Shown one piece after another: positions 45,822 to 61,592 of a stretch of 64,000 bases of DNA. A program made the translations under genes and the position numbers. The notes under the pieces are model-generated. The model saw only the letters and a list, made by a program, of their open reading frames with translations. It searched no databases and was not told where the DNA came from. The stretch lies in the NCBI RefSeq assembly GCF_009914755.1, contig NC_060933.1, one strand, 5' to 3'. Every line of letters begins with the position of its first letter. Position 1 is the first letter of the stretch. This DNA is from the human T2T-CHM13v2.0 reference genome, Homo sapiens.

Positions 45822-45854
45822 CAGTGCCCTCTAGTGGCACCTAGAGCTACTTCA
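45822..45854 (-). promoter_or_regulatory. Strong CTCF motif with upstream module
   Basis: Minus strand TGAAGTAGC-TCTAG-GTGCCACTAGAGGGCACTG versus core CCASYAGRKGGCRS. Confidence 0.7.
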
Positions 45855-48316
45855 TTAGCCCTTGGAGGGAACTTAATTCTGAGGCATCTGGAGCAAATTT
45901 ACCCAGCAGGGCTGAATAACATTAATTGTCGAGTTTGCTTTACTTTGTAAGCCTCATAAAAGCATTCAGGATAAGCCCTTATGCCTTGAGACTACCCTTT
46001 CAGGAGCACTCTGTGGAATCTATCCTTCCTTTTTGGCAAGAATATCTAAACTTCAATAATTTAAAGGACCTAGATACAAAACCCAACATGTTTTCACTGT
46101 GTAGATGCTTTCTATTTTATAAACTCCCCTACTGTCTCCAACAACCTTTCCTTTCTCATAAACCATATAAATACTTATAGAGATAGAGCCAAAACCATTA
46201 TGTAATTCCTGAAAGCCTATCTGCAAACTCAACTAGAATAATGATCCTTAATTATGAGAACAGAGAGGAGTTGCTTCTGAAGGAACCAAAATGTCATGTT
46301 CCCAGTCTTGTATTATGGCTTCCTAACTAGATTCCATGGACACCTGACCACAACAGTATTTTCATATAATTGATTTCCTTTGTAATTCCATGTATTGTAT
46401 TTTATACATTTAAAAACTTTAATATGAGAAGAGGCCCAAAACTTCACCAGTCCGCTAGAGTCACTTGGCATCTTAAAGTTGTAAGATGGAAGTTGTATTT
46501 GCCAGTGTGAGGAAACATTTTAAATCTTGCCACAGGGTGGTGCTATTGCTTTAAGGGTAAGAAAGAGTAAGTCAGCAGGTTGAACAAGAATCTGTTACCT
46601 CCAAGAAGATTGAGAAACAGAGTGGTGATGTGGTCACAGAAACTTCGCAATAGTCTTAGTCTTAAGTGGTAGTTCCAAATTCCTAGCAGATAAAATGCAA
46701 ATCCATTAACTAAGAAATTTTGGTCTAGTATATAAGATGTGGTTGGTAATGGGTTTTCCTATTTTAAAGTAGTATATAATACAAAAATTATATACCCCTC
46801 AATGTTCTGAGGAGCTATTAGCCAACCAATTACCTAAACATTCATTCTACACAAGATTAAAGATTTTCTTCAACACACAGGTGGGTGACTGTGGTATTGT
46901 TTCTCTCAACCGTGTTGTCAGAGTTTTATTTTTCCTGTTGGCTCCATTCTGGGTTTTTGTACGTAGACATCATACTTCACATATACTGAATTCCAGCAAG
47001 GTGTAATCATGATGAGATGCACACGGCAAGTTCAAAAGTAGAAGACACAACTCCTGAATAGGAACTGATAAATCAAATGATGAAAATTGCACAAAGAACC
47101 CAAGGAACAAACATAAAACAGAGTTGGTTATACTGGCAAAAGCAACATATACTTACAGATAAGACAACTTACTTCAAAACAATCTGGGGGAGAAGGTATA
47201 GTCAAAATAAGATGATTATGTGATAATTGTTAAAGCAGGGAGATAGGTAATTTGGAGTTCCTTATATAATCTTTTTTTATACATTTGAAGTTTTTCATTA
47301 CAATAATTAACATATCCATAAAATAATATAATGTTAAAGGGTTGAATTTTTGGTGATCAATGAGTATATACCAAGCCCTTATTGGAAGGGAAGGAAGGAT
47401 GAACACTGATGCAGAAGAGGTTGTAAGTCACAGAAAATGGATAAACTTCAGGAAGGTGTGATACTGAGTTGTGGTACTCAATCCCTATTTAGATTAAATT
47501 TTTTTTTTTTTGAGAAAAAGGTTTTGTAACTTTTTTCTTTTTTCTTTTTTAAATTATACTTAAAGTTCTAGGGCACATGTGCACAATGTGCAGGTTGTTA
47601 CATATGTATACATGTGCCATGTTGGTGTGCTGCACCCATTAACTCGTCATTTACATTAGGTATATATCTCCTAATGCTATCCCTCCCCCCTCCCCCCACC
47701 CCACGACAGGTCCCAGTGTGTGATGTTCCCCACCCTGTGAACAAGTGTTCTCACTGTTCAATTCCCACTTATGAGTGGGAACATGTGGTGTTTGGTTTTC
47801 TGTCCTTGCAATAGTTTGCTCAGAATGGTGATTTCCAGCTTCATCCATGTCCCTGCAAAGGACACGAACTCATCCTTTTTTATGGCTGCATAGTATTCCA
47901 TGGTGTATATGTGCCACATTTTCTTAATCCAGTCTATCATTGATGGGCATTTGGGTTGGTTCCAAGTCTTTGCTATTGTGACTAGTGCCACAATAAACAT
48001 ATGTGTGCATGTGTCTTTATAGCAGCATGATTTATAATCCTTTGGGTATATATCCAGTAACGGGATGGCTGGGTCAAATGGTATTTCTAGTTCTAGATCC
48101 TTATGGAATCGCCACACTGTCTTCCACAATGGTCGAATTAGTTTACAGTCCCACCAACAGTGTAAAAGTGTTCCTATTTCTCCACATCCTCTCCAGCACC
48201 TGTTGTTTCCTGACTTTTTAATGATCGCCATTCTAACTGAGATGGTATCTCATTGTGGTTTTGATTTGCATTTTTCTGATGGCCAGTGATGATGAGCATT
48301 TTTTCTTTTTTTCTTT

Positions 48317-48656
48317 ATACCAATGAAAAGAAAAGTCTTATTTTTTTAGGTAAATTAGGTACAATAAAGGATCAGTATTACAAGCTTCTACAATGCTTGA
48401 AACACATCAAAATGTCCTTTATACATTTACATCTTTGTCTTTTTCCTCATTTTCCTAATTAAGCCATTAATTTTCTCAGTATTGCACGCAAACAGGATAA
48501 ATAAATCAGTATCCAATTTTTTTCCTAAATTGCTGGTTTTCCTTTAGCATTATTTTCTATTCATTTTCCCTGTATTTGTCTTACCCTTCAGGAATATTAC
48601 TTATTTAAAAGAACATTGAAGGCTAGTTTATGATGCTTACCATAATGTGTAACAAT
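48317..48656 (-). other. L1 3'-transduced flanking sequence
   Basis: Non-L1 AT-rich DNA between two T-rich tails (48306-48316 and 48657-48712), inside the host L1. Confidence 0.8.
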
Positions 48657-49551
48657 ATTTATTTATTTATTATTTATTTATTTTTTATTTATTTTATTTT
48701 ATTTTATTATTATTATACTTTAAGTTTTAGGGTACATGTGCACAATGTGCAGGTTAGTTACATATGTATACATGTGCCATGCTGGTGTGCTGCACCCATT
48801 AACTCATCATTTAGCATTAGGTATATCTCCTAATGCTATCCCTCCCCCCTCCCCCCACCCCGCAACAGTCCCCAGAGTGTGATGTTCCCCTTCCTGTGTC
48901 CATGTGTTCTCATTGTTCAATTCCCACCTATGAGTGAGAATATGCGGTGTTTGGTTTTTTGTTCTTGCGATAGTTTACTGAGAATGATGATTTCCAGTTT
49001 CATCCATGTCCCTACAAAGGACATGAACTCATCGTTTTTTATGGCTGCATAGTATTCCATGGTGTATATGTGCCACATTTTCTTAATCCAGTCTATCATT
49101 GTTGCACATTTGGGTTGGTTCCAAGTCTTTGCTATTGTGAATAGTGCCGCAATAAACATAAGTGTGCATGTGTCTTTATAGCAGCATGATTTATAGTCCT
49201 TTGGGTATATACCCAGAAATGGGATGACTGGGTCAAATGGTATTTCTAGTTCTAGATCCCTGAGGAATTGCCACACTGACTTCCACAATGGTTGAACTAG
49301 TTTACAGTCCCACCAACAGTATAAAAGTGTTCCTATTTCTCCACATCCTCTCCAGCACCTGTTGTTTCCTGACTTTTTAATGATTGCCATTCTAACAGGT
49401 GTGAGATGGTATCTCATTGTGGTTTTGATTTGCATTTCTCTGATGGCCAGTGATGGTGAGCATTTTTTCATGTGTTTTTTGGCTGCATAAATGTCTTCTT
49501 TTGAGAAGTGTCTGTTCATGTCCTTTACCCATTTTTTGATGGGGTTGTTTG
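48657..49551 (-). mobile_element. 5'-truncated younger L1 (L1PA3-like) nested in the L1PA5
   Basis: Second complete L1 3'UTR with younger diagnostics ('gagaatatgcggtg', 'tttagcattagg'); intact 200-aa ORF2 C-terminus ending SLIGGN. Confidence 0.9.
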
Positions 49552-50480
49552 TTTTTCATGTGTCTCTTGGCTGCATAAAAGTCTTCTTTTGAGAAGTGTC
49601 TGTTCATATCCTTTGCCCACTTTTTGATGGGGTTGTTTGATTTTTTCTTGTAAATTTGTTTAAGTTCTTTGTAGATTCTGGATATTAGCCGTTTGTCAGA
49701 TGAGTAGATTGCAAAAACTTTCTCCCATTCTGTAGGTTGCCTGTTCACTCTGATGGTAGTTTCTTTTGTTGTGCAGAAGCTCTTCAGTTGAATTAGATCC
49801 CATTTGTCAATTTTGGCTTTTGTTGCCATTGCTTTTGGTGTTTTAGTCATGAAGTCCTCGCCCATGCCTATGTCCTGAATGGTATTGCCTAGGTTTTCTT
49901 CTAGGGTTTTTATGGTTTTAGGTCTAACATTTAAGTCTTTAATCCATCTTGAATTAATTTTTGTATAAGATGTAAGGAAGGGGTCCCATTTCAGTTTTCT
50001 ACATATGGCTATCCAGTTTTCCCAGCACCATTTGTTAAATAGGGAATCATATCCCCATTTCTTGTTTTTGTCAGGTTTGTCAAAGATCAGATGGTTGTAG
50101 ATGTGTGGTATTATTTCTGAGGGCTCTGTTCTGTTCCATTGGTCTATATGTCTGTTTTGGTACCAGTACCATGCTGTTTTGGTTACTGTAGCCTTGTAGT
50201 ATAGTTTGAAGTCAGGTAGCGTGATGCCTCCAGCTTTGTTCTTTTGGCTTAGGATTGTCTTCGAAATGCAGGCTGTTTTTTGGTTCCATATGAAATTGAA
50301 AGTAGTTTTTTCCAATTTTGTGAAGAAAGTCATTGGTAGTTTGATGGGGATGGCATTGAATCTATAAATTACTTTTGGCAGTATGGCCATTTTCAGGATA
50401 TTGATTCTTCCTATCCATGAACATGGAATGTTCTTCCATTTGTTTGTGTCCTCTTTTATTTCGTTGAGCAGTGTTTTCTA

Positions 50481-50870
<390 letters not shown>

Positions 50871-50873
50871 CTA

Positions 50874-51965
<1,092 letters not shown>

Positions 51966-54900
51966 CTAGAGATTCTGGTATGTTGTGTCTTTGTTCTCAT
52001 TGGTTTAAAGAACATCTTTATTTCTGCCTTCATCTCGTTATGTAGCCAGTAGTCATTTAGGAGCAGGTTGTTCAGTTTCCATGTAGTTGAGTGGTTTTGA
52101 GTGAGTTTCTTAATCTTGAGTTCTAGCTTGATTGCACTGTGGTCTGAGAGACAGTTTGTTATAATTTCTGTTGTTTTGCATTTGCTGAGGAGTGCTTTAC
52201 TTCCAACTATGTGGTCAATTTTGGAATAAGTGTGATGTGATACTGAGAAGAATGTATATTCTGTTGATATGGGGTGGCGAGTTCTGTAGATGTCTATTAG
52301 GTCCACTTGGTGCAGAGCTGAGTTCAATTCCTGGATACCCTTGTTAACTTTCTGTCTCGTTGATCTGTCTAATGTTGACAGTGGGGTGTTAAAGTCTCCC
52401 ATTATTATTGTGTGGGAGTCTAAGTCTCTTTGTAGGTCTCTAAGGACTTGCTTTATGAATCTGGGTGCTCCTGTATTGGGTGCATATATATTCAGGATAG
52501 TTAGCTCTTCTTGTTGAATTGATCCCTTTACCATTATGTAATGGCCTTCTTTGTCTCTTTTGATCTTTGTTGGTTTAAAGTCTGTTTCATCAGAGACTAG
52601 GATTGCAACCCTTGCTTTTTTCTGTTTTCCATTTGCTTGGTAGATCTTCCTCCATCCCTTTATTTTGAGCCTATATGTGTCTCTGCATGTGAGATGGGTT
52701 TCCTGAATACAGCACACTGATGGGTCTTGACTCTTTATCCAATTTGCCAGTCTGTGTCTTTTAATTGGAGCATTTAGCCCATTTACATTTAAGGTTAATA
52801 TTGATATGTGTGAATTTGATCCTGTCATGATGTTAGCTGGTTATTCTGCTCATTAGTTGATGCAGTTTCTTCCTAGCATCAATGGTCTTTACAATTTGGC
52901 ATGTTTTTGCAGTGCCTGGTACTGGTTGTTCCTTTCCATGTTTAGTGCTTCCTTCAGGAGCTCTTGTAAGGCAGGCCTGGCGGTGACAAAATCTCTCAGC
53001 ATTTACTTGTCTGTAAAGGATTTTATTTCTCCTTCACTTATGAATGTTATTTTGGCTGGATATGAAATTCTGGGTTGAAAATTCTTTTCTTTAAGAATGT
53101 TGAATACTGGCCCCCACTCTCTCCTGGCTTGTGGAGTTTACGCCGGGAGAGCCATTGTTAGTCTGATGGGCTTCCCTTTGTGGGTAACCCGACCTTTCTC
53201 TCTGGCTGCCCTTAACATTTTTTCCTTCATTTCAACTTTGGTGAATCTGACAATTATGTGTCTTGGAGTTGCTCTTCTTGAGGAGTATCTTTGTGGCATT
53301 CTCTGTATTTCCTGAATTTGAATGTTGGCCTGCCTTGCTAGGTTGGGGAAGTTCTCTTGGATAATATCCTGAAGAGTGTTTTCCAACGTGGTTCCATTCT
53401 CCCCATCACTTTCAGGTACACCAATCAGACGTAGATTTGGTCTTTTCACATAGTCCTGCATTTCTTGGAGGCTTTGTTCATTTCTTTTTACTCTTTTTTC
53501 TCTAAATTCCTCACTTCATTTCATTCATTTGATCTTCAATCACTGATACCCTTTCCTCCACTTGATTGAATCAGCTACTGAAGCTTGTGTATCCATCACG
53601 TAGTTCTCGTGCCATGGTTTTCAGCTCCATCACGTCATTTCAGGTCTAATCTACGCTGTTTATTCTAGTTAGCCATTTGTCTAATCTTTTTTCAAGGTTT
53701 TTAGCTTCTTTGTGATGGGTTCAAACATCCTCCTTTAGCTCAGAGAAGTTTGTTATTACCGATCATCTGAAGCCTTCTTCTCTCAACTTGTCAAAGTCAT
53801 TCTCCATCCAGCTTTGTTCCATTGCTGCTGGCTAGGAGCTGCATTCCTTTGGAGGAGAAGAGACGCTCTGATTTTTATAATTTTCAGCTTTTCTGCTCTA
53901 TTTTCTCCCCATCTTTGTGGTTTTATCTACCTTTGGTCTTTAATGATGGTGACGTACAGATGGGGTTTTGGTGTGGATGTCCTTTCTGTTGGTTAGTTTT
54001 CCTTCTAACAGTCAGGACTCTCAGCTGCAGGTCTTGGAGTTTGCTGGAGGTCCACTCCAGACCCTGATTGCCTGGGTATCACCAGCGGAGGCTGCAGAAC
54101 AGCAAATATTGCAGAACGGCAAATGTTGTTGCCTGATCCTTCCTCTGGGAGCTTCGTCTCAGAGGGGCCCCTGGCTGTATGAGGTGTTAGTTGGCCCCTA
54201 CTGGGAAGTGCCTCCCAGTTAGGCTGCTCGGGGGTCAGGGACCCACTTGTGAAGGCAGTCTGTCAGTTGTCAGATCTCAAACTCAGTGCTGGGAGAACCA
54301 CTACTCTCTTCAAAGCTCTCAGACAGGGACGTTTAAGTCTGCAGAAGTTTCTGCTGCCTTTTGTTCAGCTATGCCCTGCCCCCAGAGGTGGAGTCTACAG
54401 AGGCAGGCAGGCCTCCTTGAGCTGTGGTAGGCTCCACCCAGTTAGAGCTTCCTGGCTGCTTTGTTTACCTACTCAAGCCACAGCAATGGCAGACGCCCCT
54501 CCCCCAGCCTTGCATCTTCCTTGTAGTTTGATCTCAGACTGCTGCACTAGCAGTGAGCAAGCCTCTTTGGGCGTGGGACCCTCCGAGCCACACACGGGAT
54601 ATAATCTCCTGGTGTGCCGTTTGCTAAGACCGTTGGAAAAGCACAGTATTAGGGTGGGAGTGTCCTGATTTTCCAGGTACCGTCTGTCATGGCTTCCCTT
54701 GGCTAGGAAAGGGATTCCCCAACCCCTTGCACTTCTTGGGTGAGGCGATGCCCCGCCCTTCTTTGGCTCACACTCCGTGGGCTGCATCCACTGTCCGACA
54801 AGCCCCAGTGAGATGAACCTGGTACCTCAGTTGGAAATGCAGAAATCACCCATCTTCTGTATCACCCACGCTGGGAGCTGTAGACTGGAGCTGTTCCTAT

Positions 54901-55594
54901 TCGGCCATTATGGAACCTCTTTTTTCTATCAGATCTAAAAATTAGTTTTTATGAAACTTTAAGTCTCTTGGACCTCTGTTTGGGAATAGGTGAGTTTGGA
55001 GTAAGGGAATTGGCGAGAGTCAGCCAAAACCAGGTGTTAGGAAAGACAGGAGACTCTCTCTTCAGCATTTTTAGGCAAAAGGGTCAGGAAGAAAGCTGGT
55101 CTTTCCTATTATCCTTGTAAACTCTTCATGGTTTTAAAAACAGAAGACTTAATTAGTTTATTTTTAGTAACTATGACCCACTTGAAGATATTTGTTTTGA
55201 GAAATCCATTATATGTTCATTGACAAAAGAACTTTTCGGTTGTTATAAATGCATGTCCATGGAATTTAGTATTTTTGAAAAGGTCAGATAGAAAGGCTTT
55301 TTAATCCATGAATGCCTCCATATCTGCTCTAACCATGAGAGAAAAAAAAACGCCTTTAAATTGACCCTTCTTAGCATTCAGAAAACCCCTCATTTTTTAC
55401 TTTTAGCAGAATAACTAAGGAAGACCTATTTTTACTTTTACAAGGACAAGTAGGAATTGCAACTTACTCTCTATCAATACAAGAGTAGTACTTTATCCTG
55501 TTGTATAAAATAAACAATTTATTAATGGTAATGCAATACAGTTTTATTTAAACCAAAAATACCTATAAGCCAATTAGTAATGCAGTCATTTAAA

Positions 55595-56620
55595 AATCAT
55601 CTAATTAGTAAGCCGATTTTTTTTCTCCCATATCTTGTCTACCATTAAGATTCCACCATGAGGCTGGAGTCTGCAAGGGAGGATGTGACTTAAAGGAAGT
55701 GGAAAGCATGAATGTTGCCCTTTTGGGTTCCACGGGATTGTGGGGAAGAAGGGAAACAGATTGAAGAGAGATGAAGGGTGAGGATCAAGTGGCCTAGTGT
55801 CCACTCTCTGAGCTTTGACCAGAATGAGAGCATTCATGTTGAGGGGCATTGCCTTGTTCCACATTTGGGGCTCCAGAGGGAGCTTCTATACCAACTGGGA
55901 GCAGCCACAGCAGAGATCTCTGTGGCACAGCGTGATTGCATAGCGTTTGGGCCTGAGTTAAGTTTTCCTGAGTTGTCCTTGGTTTCTAGATGGCAAAGAT
56001 GAAAATCCCTGTATATTGCTGAAGGGGCATGAGGAAGGTGGGCCTGCTATGGGGTCTGCTATGGTAAAAATGGCACAGCTTAGGTAGGCATCATAGCTCA
56101 GGGCTGGATAGGGAAAGGCAGTGTCTTAGAGGAGTCTTCAGCATCAGTTGAAAGCCAAGTCAAGGCTGAGCCATCTGGAAGAGCATAACCTGGTTCTGAA
56201 GAAGCTGAGGTACCACACTGCACTTCAGCAGCACTGGCCAGGAGAAGGCACAGGGATGGGGCCAGTCACCCTTGAGCACTCACCAGGGAGCACTGGGGAA
56301 TAGCCACTCAATGGCAAAGACAAGCAGTGGCCCAGATGCCATCACAAGGATTTGAGGACTTCATGTCACCTCTGCTGTCATTGAACACTCAGCTATTGCC
56401 CTTGTTCTATGAACCCAGATGACAAAAAAGAGAGGCTCTGGAAGAAGGTGGTGAAAATTTGAGAGACTAAACTACTAAAAGAGATTTAGTGCTTATCTAA
56501 AGGGTTATTTAAATTATTTCAGTAGATTAAGTTTATTGGAGTGGCATAACAGTTAGTGGTTCCTCTTCCCCACAATACCTGACAAGTGGGAGCACATGAA
56601 GGGAATCTGATTCATTATTC
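55595..56620. mobile_element. Possible very old LTR (MamGypLTR/LTR78-like)
   Basis: G-rich body followed by 'gagactaaactactaaaagagattt...aaattatttcagtagattaagttt'; weak resemblance only. Confidence 0.3.
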
Positions 56621-56864
56621 ACCGAAAAAGATATTACTGTACATGTTCTCTACACATCTGAGTGTAGTATAAGTATTTTTGAATCCTTGTTTATACAACT
56701 GCTGTAAATAAATACAAGTATTTTATGTATAGAAACTAAAGACCTTTAAAAAATCAGAACCCTGTATAATGAAAAGATTAATGAAAACTCCTTTAATGGC
56801 CTCTTCATAGTTTAAGTTTATGACTGATACTGCCTTTACTTCAGAAAAGAGATACAGATAGTTA

Positions 56865-57120
56865 ACAACAAAATAAGAATAGCTAATGCTGACTGAGTGG
56901 TTTTTCTTTCTGCTAGGTAGAAAGATGTTTTAGATGTTCTAAAGTATATTGTTGAATCTACAAGGTAGCAGCATTGTATTATACCTATTGGACAAATGAG
57001 AGAAATGAGGCTTAGAAGGGTGGAGCAACTGGCCCAAGTTTTCATAGCTAGGAACTGGGAGAGATGGGCTACAAACCTACTTAGCTTTCATAGCCTGTGT
57101 TTTTAACCACTATGCTATCA
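56865..57120 (-). mobile_element. MIR
   Basis: 'aatagctaatgctgactgagtg...acaaatgagagaaatgaggcttag...ttaaccactatgctat'. Confidence 0.75.
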
Positions 57121-58149
57121 GAATAAAAACTTAAATATCTTAGGGAAAGAGGCAACAATTATATCCAAAGAAGGCTAGCATAGTCTTCATAACCAAACCT
57201 TAAATTTAGCTTACCAAACATCCAGAGCAACTAAAACTTATCTTTGTTTATCAGATGACCAGGAACTGAACTCAAAAGGGAATTATGAAAAGTAACATTG
57301 GACATTCTGCTCGATAAAGTTTACAAAAATTTTGCCAAAGAGCTCAAGAAAATAAGCATATCTGCTAACTAAGAAAATAAAGGTAGCTTGGACTTTTTGC
57401 AATGTGTCAGATATTATGCCAGATCCTTCACATGAATTATCTTCTCTAATGCTCACAATAAATTCTCTGAAGGTAGGACTTTATTGTTCTTATTTTACAG
57501 ATGGTCACTGCCAGGACCAAGATGCTGCTAATGTATACTGGAATAGCCCCATGGTTTACCTGTGATTGGCATCCATCCTGACTGGTCTGTGCCTATGCTC
57601 TCACTTGTTATACATTTTAAATATCATCTCTGTCAACTTCCAGTGAAAACGTTAGGGAGTCAAGATATGTCCTCAACCAGTGAGAGCAATCCCTGCTTTG
57701 AAAGCACTTTTGCACCAATGAAATATAAATATATAAACAAATAAATTCCAAAAATGTAAAGCCATTATTTCAAATGATTTTAAATGGCCAAACTGAATGT
57801 TTTGGCAGCTTGGTGACTTTATGGAAAAAAATAAATTGCTGATGAATTGGCAACTTGGTTAAAGTCCTTTTTTTGGGGAGTGGGAAGCAATAAAATGGGA
57901 GGATCGGAAAAGAGCAATTTATAATCATTAGGTTTGCTGTAGGTCACATTTTGTTTCTGATGTACGGTATCAAGGGATGTTTGTGGTGAATTTAAGTGCT
58001 AGGCATAACCCTGGGGCCAAGCAAATGGTGGGCAGGTATAGGAAACAGGAATTTGGCTCAGGCAGAATGAGTGGGAACTGAGGGGAGCCACTCTAGTAAG
58101 CATAAGTTCAATGAGGATGTCAAAGCAGGTCCAAGTATGGCCTGATTAT

Positions 58150-58545
58150 CATAAGGCAAAGAAAACGAAAACAATTGAAGACATAATAAATGCCTGCTGA
58201 AGTTTTAACAGAAACGCAAGTTTTTCTCTTGGCCCTTCAACTCATGGGAGAGTCTTTTAGAAACAGCACAAGTGCGCTCTTTGCTTCTTCTTGTTTCTTC
58301 CTCCATCTTGTTGTTCAGAATGTGGATACTGAACGTGGTCCATCTTGGACCATGAAGTCAAATGTCTACAAAAGGAGCAAGAAGATAGAGAGAACTTGAT
58401 CTCTGCACCAAACCATGATGCACCATACTACCTCTAGATCTCTGATATGGACTTTGATTTGGGGGGAATAAATGTCTGTGCTACCTGAACCATTATTGTG
58501 TTGGTTGTTGATCACCTGCATCTGAACTTAATCCTAACTAATAAA
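58150..58545 (+). mobile_element. MLT1-type MaLR LTR
   Basis: 'ccatcttggaccatga', 'aataaatgtctg', end 'aatcctaactaata'. Confidence 0.55.
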
Positions 58546-58554
58546 TACCACTTA

Positions 58555-58962
58555 CCATAGGTAAAGTTTACCAGGACGCAGACTGCAGTGAAGATTGGCA
58601 TGAGGAAGTATATTAGGGGGTGCCCTTGGAATCCACAATTGTGGAAGGGAAGGAGGCAGGATTGGACAGATGGGGAAGATGAGCTGTGATGTAATCACAA
58701 CAAAAGCCCCAGCTGACTACATGAGAAGCTCTCATGCTGGCATGGTCATTGAGGGTTATCCTGAGTAGGGGATAGGTAGCCCAGCCTTTATGTGCTCATG
58801 CTGACCAGCCATTCTGTGTGGGCTGCATCCAGGGAAGGGAGTGTGACTTTGGTTGAGGCAGATCTTCATAGTCAAAGAACTTCCCAAAGAGGGATGACAG
58901 CTGAGGTCTTACAGCAGGTTGGGGAACCTGTTCCTGGTAGTTGAACAGGATGGCACGGCACA
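58555..58962 (-). mobile_element. LTR16-like ERVL LTR
   Basis: 'gggtgcccttggaatccac...gcaggattggacaga...gagctgtgatg'. Confidence 0.6.
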
Positions 58963-58970
58963 GCCCCCAG

Positions 58971-59005
58971 TCTTAAAATAAGAACCACTTGTTCTTATTT
59001 TAAGA
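58971..59005. repeat. Perfect hairpin, 15-bp arms, 5-nt loop
   Basis: tcttaaaataagaac-cactt-gttcttattttaaga. Confidence 0.95.
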
Positions 59006-60375
59006 TGATGTATTTTTGAGTTACTGATGGCTTGAAAGTGGTACTCAATCAGTTTTAATGCTTTCAGTTGCAAGTAACAGAACATCCAACTTAAAGGAAA
59101 GGGGCAAGCTTGCAGGAAAGGATCTTTAAGTCATCTACATTTGGGTATAAATGACAGCCACAGAGTATTTACCCTTTTTGGGACGTAATTTTATCAGGAG
59201 ACCAAAGCTTTTAGCTAAAAACATAAATTTCAAACATTAGGACAGTCATTTTACAGAAACAAAATAAATAATTTCAAAGAAACTATTACCTTCTTAAAGA
59301 CTAGACTGCGATTGTGAACCCCTGAAGTATCCACAGATCCTGAAGAGTGCCCAGCTGTCTTGACAAGGAAACGGAGAGTCAAGAAGTTTAGTGAGGTCAA
59401 CAAGAATCCTGCAGCATCTCATCTTCCAGATCTGCAGCAGCCTGTGTTGCAGTCCTACTAAGCTGAAGGCTTAACCATGTCTGCCAGTTCAGGGTACGGA
59501 ACCCTGGTTACTATTTACTTTCCTTCTTTCTTCCTATAGTGGATATTCTCCTTCAGTGGCCACACAACATCAAAGATTCGCCTTCATTTTTGTATTTTCT
59601 ACATTGTGTGTACTACCTTCTCAATGTAGAAGCCAGAAAACTTACACATGCTCAGATTCCTGTGTAGTTATAGTGCAATCATGTGACCTATTTTCTATGA
59701 ATCATATGTATCCACATGAGACCAGGATTTCTTCAAGGGCAGTGTGACGAGATAGTCACAGACAGCGGGAGTGATCTTCTGGTACTTTATCCTGAGCATT
59801 ATAGATGTTTAATGACAATGACAGTGACATTCCCCCAAAAGCACCCGCACCCCCGCCTTACCCAAAGTGTGGTCTGGGCACTGGGTTTGGCTATGTGGCC
59901 TCAGAGTCTGGCCTCTGATCCTCCCAGAGAATCTGTGAGCTATCAGTTATTGTTTAATGAATCTCTCCACCTTATTTTTTTCTTAGACTAGCTAGAAAGG
60001 ATTCTGTTGTTTGCAGGCTAACAATATACTCCTGAAAGGCAAATACAGTCAGTAAAGGCCCATATCAGCCAAATCCCACCTTACATGTATTAGTATATTC
60101 TGAATTTTTCACTCATTAATATCCTGACTTCTGCTTTAAATCTATAGCCTTAACCTTGCACCACATGTCTTACATTCACTTTCTCTTTCCTATAAGGAAG
60201 TGGTGCTAACTGAATGACATGGGTGTCAGCAGAACATGCTGTGGCTTCACAACAATGGTTTGTAATATTATGAGATAGCTTTGTTCCTTTTCCTTTTTGT
60301 TTCTGATCTGTTTTTGTTTTTCAGGGAGATGAAATTGCTAAGGTAATCTTCAAAGGCAAGGCATCAAAATGGTCC

Positions 60376-60596
60376 TTTTTTTTTTTTTTTTTTTTTTTTT
60401 TTGAGACAAGTTCTTGCTCTGTTACCCAGGTTGGAGTGCAGTGATGTGATCATAGCATAATAATGCAGCCTCAGCCTGCTGGGCTCAAGTGATCCTCCCA
60501 CCTCAGCCTCCCAAGAGCTAGGACTACATGTGTGCGCTAATTTTTTAATTTTTATTTTTGTAGAGTTGGGGGGGTCTTGTTATGTTGTCCAGGCTC
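60376..60596 (-). mobile_element. 5'-truncated AluJ
   Basis: Long poly-T plus AluJ right arm and part of left arm. Confidence 0.85.
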
Positions 60597-60688
60597 ATAT
60601 AAAATCTTAGCCACTAGAAATACCATTTATGGCCAAAACCACATATCAAGGACTTGACCGCCCTTTCCCTACATGGGTGTTTCCCTGA

Positions 60689-60997
<309 letters not shown>

Positions 60998-61592
60998 TGA
61001 ACTGTTCTTAACCTTCAAAATAGCGAACAACGACCACTTCTAGCCTGACACCCAGTCCACAGGGAGACTCATGACTGTCTGCTCTCTTATTACTTAACAG
61101 CGATTGATTTTGAGATTGGGCAATGTTATGGGGATTGACTTATTGAGAATATTTTCTGACGTTTTCTTTTTTTGCAACTGCTTTAGAAGTGATAATGTGA
61201 ACATTCTCCAATGACACATGCTTTTGCTGCTGCAATTATACAAGCGCAAACAACTGTTGCACTTGGATGTGCCCAGGACCTACAGTCTTCCTCTTTGTGC
61301 ATGATATGTGGGAGCTCAGGCATGGAGAAAAATATCAGAAAATCAAAGTTCTGATGGGCTTTGAGAGGGCCAGGTTAATATACTTTTAGTTTTACTTCTG
61401 TTAAGATTAGGTTAAAAGTTCCATATTATCATCATCTTTAAGTGCTAATTATTTACAAGATTTCAATGAAGAATTCTAACAGAAGAATCCATATTTAAGA
61501 TCTGCAGTAGACTGAATTAAAGGCCTAAATTCTTCATCTTTTCCTGTATCCATGCCATTTGCCACCTAACTTTTCAGTTTCTCCCTCTAAAG

